A program made the translations under genes and the position numbers. A stretch of 64,000 nt of DNA from positions 512,001-576,000 of the forward strand of contig CAVYGB010000002.1 of assembly GCA_963767925.1 (NCBI GenBank). The letters are read 5' to 3'. The stretch is from an uncultured delta proteobacterium (GTDB lineage: Bacteria > Myxococcota_A > Polyangia > Fen-1088). Positions 59,249-64,000 of this stretch are shown here, one piece after another (position 1 is the first letter of the stretch; every line of letters starts with the position of its first letter). Below the pieces are notes generated by a model. It had not been told where the DNA came from, searched no databases, and saw nothing but the letters and a program-made list of their open reading frames with translations.

Positions 59249-60484
59249 ATGCAAACAAGTCGTGTGTGGTCTTCTTTCATGTGTGCCGCTCTGTTGATCC
59301 CTTCCGTCAGCGGCTGCGGCGACGATGCCCAGCCCGCTCCAGGTGGAGGAGGCGCCGTCAACGTTCAGGCCCTCACCGTATTCATGGGCACATATACCCG
59401 AGGCTGGGCCTGTCCACCTCCGACGGAGGCCGGCGCGTGCACCAGCAAGGGAATCTACCGGGCGACCTTCGACCCGCAGACCGGTGAGCTGGGCCAGCCC
59501 GAGCTGGCCGCCGAGGCCGACAACCCCTCGTACCTGACGACCAGCGCCGACGGCCGGTTCCTCTTCGCGGTCAACGAGGTCGGCGACTACAAGGGCGAGA
59601 AGAGCGGCGCGGTCAGCGCCTTCGAGATCGACCGCTCCGGAGCGCTCCGCCTCATCAACCAGCTCTCCTCGCATGGCGCCGACCCCTGCCACCTCTCCGT
59701 CGACAGCGCCGGCAAGACGCTCCTGGTGGCCAACTATTCCGGCGGCAACGTCTCGAGCTACCGGATCGGGGCCGACGGCACCCTCGCCGAGGGCAGCAAC
59801 CTGGCCAACCCCGGCGAGCACGGCCCCCACATGAACCAGGAGGCCGCCCACGCCCACTACATCGTCGAGGGCCCGACCCCCGGTCTCGTGTACGTGGCCG
59901 ACCTGGGCCTGGACAAGGTCCTGCTCTACGACCTGGACGCTGCCACCAGCAAGCTGACCCCGCACGCCGCCCAGCCCTTCGTCAGCGTCCCCCCCGGCGG
60001 CGGCCCACGCCACGTCGCCCTGCACCCCAACAAGAAGTTTCTCTACACCAACAACGAGCTGGCCACCGCCGCTTCGGTCTTCGCGCGCAACCCCGACACC
60101 GGCCGCCTCGACGCCACCCCGCTGCAGACCATCAGCACCATCCCCCTTCCCTACACGTCACGCAGCAACAACGCGGAGCTGATCCTCTCTGGCGACGGCC
60201 GGTTCGCCTACGTCTCCAACCGCGGCCACGACAGCATCACGACCTTCTCGGTGGACCCGGCCAGCGGGCGCCTCACCACCGTGGAGAACCTCGCCACCGG
60301 GGGCAAGGAACCCCGCGACTTCAAGATCGACCCCAGCGGCAAGTTCATGGTGGTGGGCCACCAGATCTCCGACGAGGTGATCCTCTTCGCCATCGACGCC
60401 ACCACCGGCAAGCTCCAGCGCAAGGGCACCCCGGTCAAGGTGTCGAAGGTCGTCAACTTCGCCTTCTGGCAAGGGCGCCAGTAG
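59249..60484 (+). CDS. Lactonase family (6-phosphogluconolactonase-like) lipoprotein
   Basis: GTYT, NPSYL, ANYSGG, HAH, DLGLD, GPRH, SNRGHDSI, PRDF; RBS aggagg. Confidence 0.9.
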   Translation: MQTSRVWSSFMCAALLIPSVSGCGDDAQPAPGGGGAVNVQALTVFMGTYTRGWACPPPTEAGACTSKGIYRATFDPQTGELGQPELAAEADNPSYLTTSADGRFLFAVNEVGDYKGEKSGAVSAFEIDRSGALRLINQLSSHGADPCHLSVDSAGKTLLVANYSGGNVSSYRIGADGTLAEGSNLANPGEHGPHMNQEAAHAHYIVEGPTPGLVYVADLGLDKVLLYDLDAATSKLTPHAAQPFVSVPPGGGPRHVALHPNKKFLYTNNELATAASVFARNPDTGRLDATPLQTISTIPLPYTSRSNNAELILSGDGRFAYVSNRGHDSITTFSVDPASGRLTTVENLATGGKEPRDFKIDPSGKFMVVGHQISDEVILFAIDATTGKLQRKGTPVKVSKVVNFAFWQGRQ

Positions 60485-60526
60485 ATCGCCCCGGGAAGGC
60501 CCGCCCCTCGAGATTCCGCCTGCGCT

Positions 60527-60554
60527 GACGCCCGTCTCGCTCGAGACGGGCGTC
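60527..60554. terminator. Perfect 13-bp inverted repeat
   Basis: gacgcccgtctcg-ct-cgagacgggcgtc; no U-tract. Confidence 0.4.
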
Positions 60555-60603
60555 GGCGCGACGGTCGGCGGGTCGGTGTCGGGTTCGGTGTAACCTGGGG
60601 GCC

Positions 60604-61479
60604 ATGATGAAGCGGCGCGGGTTCTTGATGCAGGCGGTAGCCACCGCCGTCCCGCCCTCCCCCCAGGCGCCCTGCATCGATCTGCACTTCCATGCTGGTA
60701 ACCGCAGCGTCGAGGAGTCTCTCGCCCACTGTCGGGCGCTCGGAGTCACCCGGGCGGTGCTGCTCGGGGGGGCCGGGCAGGATGAGGCCTCCCCCGCGAC
60801 GCGGTTGCTGCGCGGGGCCGGCGCGCGGTTCGTCGCCTTCACGCGGGAGGATCCCCGGCAGGCCGAGGCGCCCGCCCGCCTGCGCGCCGCCCTCCGGGCC
60901 GGGGCCGTCGGGATCGGCGAGCAGAAGAGCGCCGTCGCCATCGACGGCCCCGAGATGCGGATGGTCTACGACATCGCCGCCGAGCACCGCGTGCCGGTGT
61001 TGCTGCACATCGGGGGCGAGGACAACTCCGGCTACCAGCGGTTCCCCGCCATCCTGAAGCGGTACCCGTCGGTCACCTTCATCGGGCACGCCACCGGCTT
61101 CTGGGGCCACATCTCGGCCGACTACGACGGCACCACCGGCTACCCGACCGGCCCCGTCGCGCCGGGCGGCTCGACCGATCGCTGGCTCGCCGAATACCCC
61201 AACCTCCACGGCGACCTGTCGGCGCGCTCTGGCCTCGGCGCCCTGACCCGTGACGCCGCCTTCGCCCGGGCGTTCCTGCGCCGCCACGGCCGCAAGCTCC
61301 TCTGGGGAACGGATTGCCCCTGCAAGGACGGCAAGGGCACCGGCCAGCCAGACGGCAAGTGCCTGGGCCAGGAGTCGAAGCGGGCCCTGGTTGCGTTGCT
61401 CGGCAACGGCCGGCTGCTCCAGGACGTCCTCGGCGGAAACGCCCGCCGCCTCCTGAAGCTCGACCGCCTTCGCGGCTGA
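60604..61479 (+). CDS. Amidohydrolase-family protein with twin-arginine motif
   Basis: KRRGFL, IDLHFH, GIGEQK, PVLLH, FIGHA, GDLSA, WGTD. Confidence 0.87.
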   Translation: MMKRRGFLMQAVATAVPPSPQAPCIDLHFHAGNRSVEESLAHCRALGVTRAVLLGGAGQDEASPATRLLRGAGARFVAFTREDPRQAEAPARLRAALRAGAVGIGEQKSAVAIDGPEMRMVYDIAAEHRVPVLLHIGGEDNSGYQRFPAILKRYPSVTFIGHATGFWGHISADYDGTTGYPTGPVAPGGSTDRWLAEYPNLHGDLSARSGLGALTRDAAFARAFLRRHGRKLLWGTDCPCKDGKGTGQPDGKCLGQESKRALVALLGNGRLLQDVLGGNARRLLKLDRLRG

Positions 61480-61608
61480 GCCCGGCGCTCGCCCCTGGGT
61501 CGTGATCCTTCCGCTGGCCCGTCGCGATTTGTGACGAACCGAGCGCGACTATTCGCTCGAAGGCGGCAGGGCGGGGTGCCAAGGTCGATCGGGCTGCCGA
61601 TCGCCACC

Positions 61609-63408
61609 ATGGTCCTGACGCCACGCTCGCGCGCCACGCGCGCAACCTGCGCTCTCCGAGATCGGCGGTGTCGCGATCTGCCGGCGTGGGCCCGGGCGGT
61701 CTCGTTGGCCGTCGCGCTGGTGGGGTGCCGGGAGGTGGGGGTGGATGGGTTCCGGGCTTCCGTGAATCGGGCCTGTCCGCCGGGGTTCGACCTGGTCGGG
61801 GAGCGCTGTTTCCGGAAGACCGGTCCCGCGGAGACGGGCGATGGCGGGGTCGTGGTGGGGACGGATGGCGGGCGTGGCCCGGTCGGTCCGGGCGATGGGG
61901 GCGACATCGGTGGCGGAGATGGGGCGGTGGTGCGGTTCGATGGGCCGGGGGCAGGACGCGATGGGGAGGCCGGGATTCCGCCGGTGGGGCCGGCGCAGTT
62001 CCGGCTCGACCTCGTCGTCGAGGGGGCGGGGGTGGTGCGCGACTCGCTCACCGGGGGCATCTGCAGCGCCGGGAGCTCCTGCCAGGTGTCAGGGGCGCCG
62101 GGGCAGGTCGTCACGCTCGAGGCCGAGCCGGCCTACGACGCCCGCTTCGAGGGGTGGACGGGCGCCTGCGCCGGGATGGGGGCCTGCCGGATCACGCTCG
62201 ACGCCGACAAGGCCGTTACCGCCGGGTTCCGCCAGGTGCGGTGGGAGCCACCTCTTGGGGCCTGGGCCTCCCGGCTCGCGGTCGCCGGCGACAACGTCTA
62301 CATCGGTGGGGAGTTCGAGGGGACCGTCGAGATCGGCGGCACCACGCTGACGGCGGTCGGGGCGAGGGACGCGTTCATCGCGGCGCTCGACGACCTCGGC
62401 CAGCCCAGGTGGGCCAAGCGCTTCGGCGTCCAGATGGGTGAGAGCGTGCTGGGGCTGGCCATCGGGCCGGGCGACGCCCTCGTCATGGCCGGTCATTTCA
62501 GCGACGACGCCCCGCTGGCCTTCGAGGGGCGCAGCATCCCGGTCGACCCCCGCGTCAACGCGACGAACTTCCTCGCCACCTTTCGCCCGGATGGCACCCT
62601 CCTGTCGGCCCACGGCAACGGCGGCTGCAAAGGGCTCGCCCTCGACTCGCGGAGCAACGCCCTCTTTTACCCCCAGTATTACCCGGCCCAGCTCGCCAAG
62701 AAGACGCTGCAGGGCCAGACCATCTGGACCTATCCGGAGACCTTTCAGTTCTTCGTCGAGGACATGGCCGTCGACGCCAGCGACAGCTCGATCATCTGCA
62801 CCAGCACGGCGTCCCCCGTCACGTTGACCCTGCCGCAGGGCCGGCGCACGGTCACGCCGACGAACGAATGGGCGATCCTCGTCGTCAAGCTCGACCGGGA
62901 TGGGCAGGCCCAGTGGATGACCCTGCTGGACAACACGCGCACCTCCGACACCGACGCCGTCCTGTGCGACAGCCTGTCGCTGACCGCCGAGGGGGACGTC
63001 ATCGTGGCGGGGTACTACCACGGCACGCTCACCGGCGGGTCGTTCGCCCGGCGGAGCCAGGGCAGCGCCGACATCTTCGTGGCCCGGCTGGCGGCGAGCA
63101 ACGGCAGCCCGCGCTGGCTCAGCAGCTTCGGCTCGCCCGAGTTCGACAACGGATCGATCCGGATCGTCGAGGACAGCGGCAACCTCCTCCTCACGCCCCA
63201 GCTCGGCGGGGACACCGACTTCGGCGGCGGCGTCATCGTGCCCCCTCCCGGCGGCATCATCCGGATCGCCGGGGACAGCGGGGCCGTCGTCGGCCGCGTG
63301 TTGCCCGAGCTGAGCGACATCGTCATCGACCTGGCCCTGCACCCCCCATCGGGCGACTACTTCCTGCTCGACCTCAACCGCCGCGTCTCCCGGGTGCGGC
63401 TGCGCTGA
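61609..63408 (+). CDS. Lipoprotein with InlB B-repeat-like domain and SBBP-like propeller; start uncertain
   Basis: LVGC; VTLEAEP..FEGWTGAC..VTAGF; DAFIAALD..W, DIFVARL..W. Confidence 0.75.
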   Translation: MVLTPRSRATRATCALRDRRCRDLPAWARAVSLAVALVGCREVGVDGFRASVNRACPPGFDLVGERCFRKTGPAETGDGGVVVGTDGGRGPVGPGDGGDIGGGDGAVVRFDGPGAGRDGEAGIPPVGPAQFRLDLVVEGAGVVRDSLTGGICSAGSSCQVSGAPGQVVTLEAEPAYDARFEGWTGACAGMGACRITLDADKAVTAGFRQVRWEPPLGAWASRLAVAGDNVYIGGEFEGTVEIGGTTLTAVGARDAFIAALDDLGQPRWAKRFGVQMGESVLGLAIGPGDALVMAGHFSDDAPLAFEGRSIPVDPRVNATNFLATFRPDGTLLSAHGNGGCKGLALDSRSNALFYPQYYPAQLAKKTLQGQTIWTYPETFQFFVEDMAVDASDSSIICTSTASPVTLTLPQGRRTVTPTNEWAILVVKLDRDGQAQWMTLLDNTRTSDTDAVLCDSLSLTAEGDVIVAGYYHGTLTGGSFARRSQGSADIFVARLAASNGSPRWLSSFGSPEFDNGSIRIVEDSGNLLLTPQLGGDTDFGGGVIVPPPGGIIRIAGDSGAVVGRVLPELSDIVIDLALHPPSGDYFLLDLNRRVSRVRLR

Positions 63409-63496
63409 CCACCGCTGGGGAGGTGGCCCCCCGGCTCAGCGAGCGGGGCCAGCGTCGGGCCGAGACGCCGGCCTGCTGAGGGCCTCCGGCTCCCGG

Positions 63497-63943
63497 TCAG
63501 GGCTCTACCACCTCGAAGAACACCGCGCCCGATTGCCGGCGGCCGTGGACGCGCCGGGTGAACCAGGGGTCGCGCGCGACGACGTCGTCGATGACCCGGA
63601 CGATCTGGTTGCGTTTGCCGTGGTCGCGGGGGTCGTCCGCGTCGACGCGGCAGAAGCGCGCCCGGCAGGCCACGACGTGGAACCAGGGGTGGTCCAGCGC
63701 GCGCATCGCCCGGCGCAGCTCGCTGGTCACCTTTGCGGTCAGCGCCGGATTGGACACGCTCTCCTCGAACCGGACCCACAGCGGCTTCCTCTCCTCCCAG
63801 CGCCGGGCCAGCGCCTCCACCCGGAGGTCGGTGGCGACGGCCTCGCTGCGACAGGCGTCCAGCGAGCGTGGCGGGGCGCCGGGGGCCAGGGCCTGGTGGA
63901 CGGCCCGGCGGTCCCGCGGCTCACCGGGGGCGAGGGTCGTCAT
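63497..63943 (-). CDS. Hypothetical protein
   Basis: Open frame with host-like codons in its 3' part; 5' end unclear near the window edge. Confidence 0.4.
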   Translation of the reverse strand: MTTLAPGEPRDRRAVHQALAPGAPPRSLDACRSEAVATDLRVEALARRWEERKPLWVRFEESVSNPALTAKVTSELRRAMRALDHPWFHVVACRARFCRVDADDPRDHGKRNQIVRVIDDVVARDPWFTRRVHGRRQSGAVFFEVVEP

Positions 63944-64000
63944 CCTCGGCGTCCCGGGTCAGCCGCCGAGCGAGGCGCCGCGCCCAGGCGGCGTTGGCCA

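Overview
High-GC window whose gene content (PilZ/Pro-rich membrane protein, eukaryotic-like Ser/Thr kinase with PP2C phosphatase, DUF1592/DUF1552-type pair, Cys-rich repeat protein, many lipoproteins with Pro/Asp-Ala-Gly linkers) suggests Myxococcota, probably Polyangia-like (inference). Core-like genes: the 3' end of metH, a lutABC operon preceded by a Ni-transporter-like gene and a metallophosphoesterase, mscL, a two-component pair, an MFS transporter, an ECF sigma/FecR module, an S9 peptidase and divergent metE-metR. The first ~1.4 kb has many small frameshifts, probably assembly error. Best leads: (1) an 88/90-bp insert at the same position in two copies of a REP-like palindrome, with an IS1111-like end; (2) a 651-bp non-autonomous IS5-derived element with terminal inverted repeats and a TTA target duplication, whose removal restores the IstB reading frame, which carries a four-helix-bundle gene fragment and has a second 503-bp partial copy 25 kb away; (3) a TfuA-YcaO pair whose TfuA appears to have lost both catalytic motifs; (4) a disrupted AT-richer island with a bacteriocin-like lipoprotein, a CPBP fragment and an unannotated 40-aa double-glycine-leader peptide; (5) a divergent orphan IF-3 paralog. 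No rRNA, tRNA or CRISPR array was recognised. All domain calls are motif recognition by eye, not database searches.
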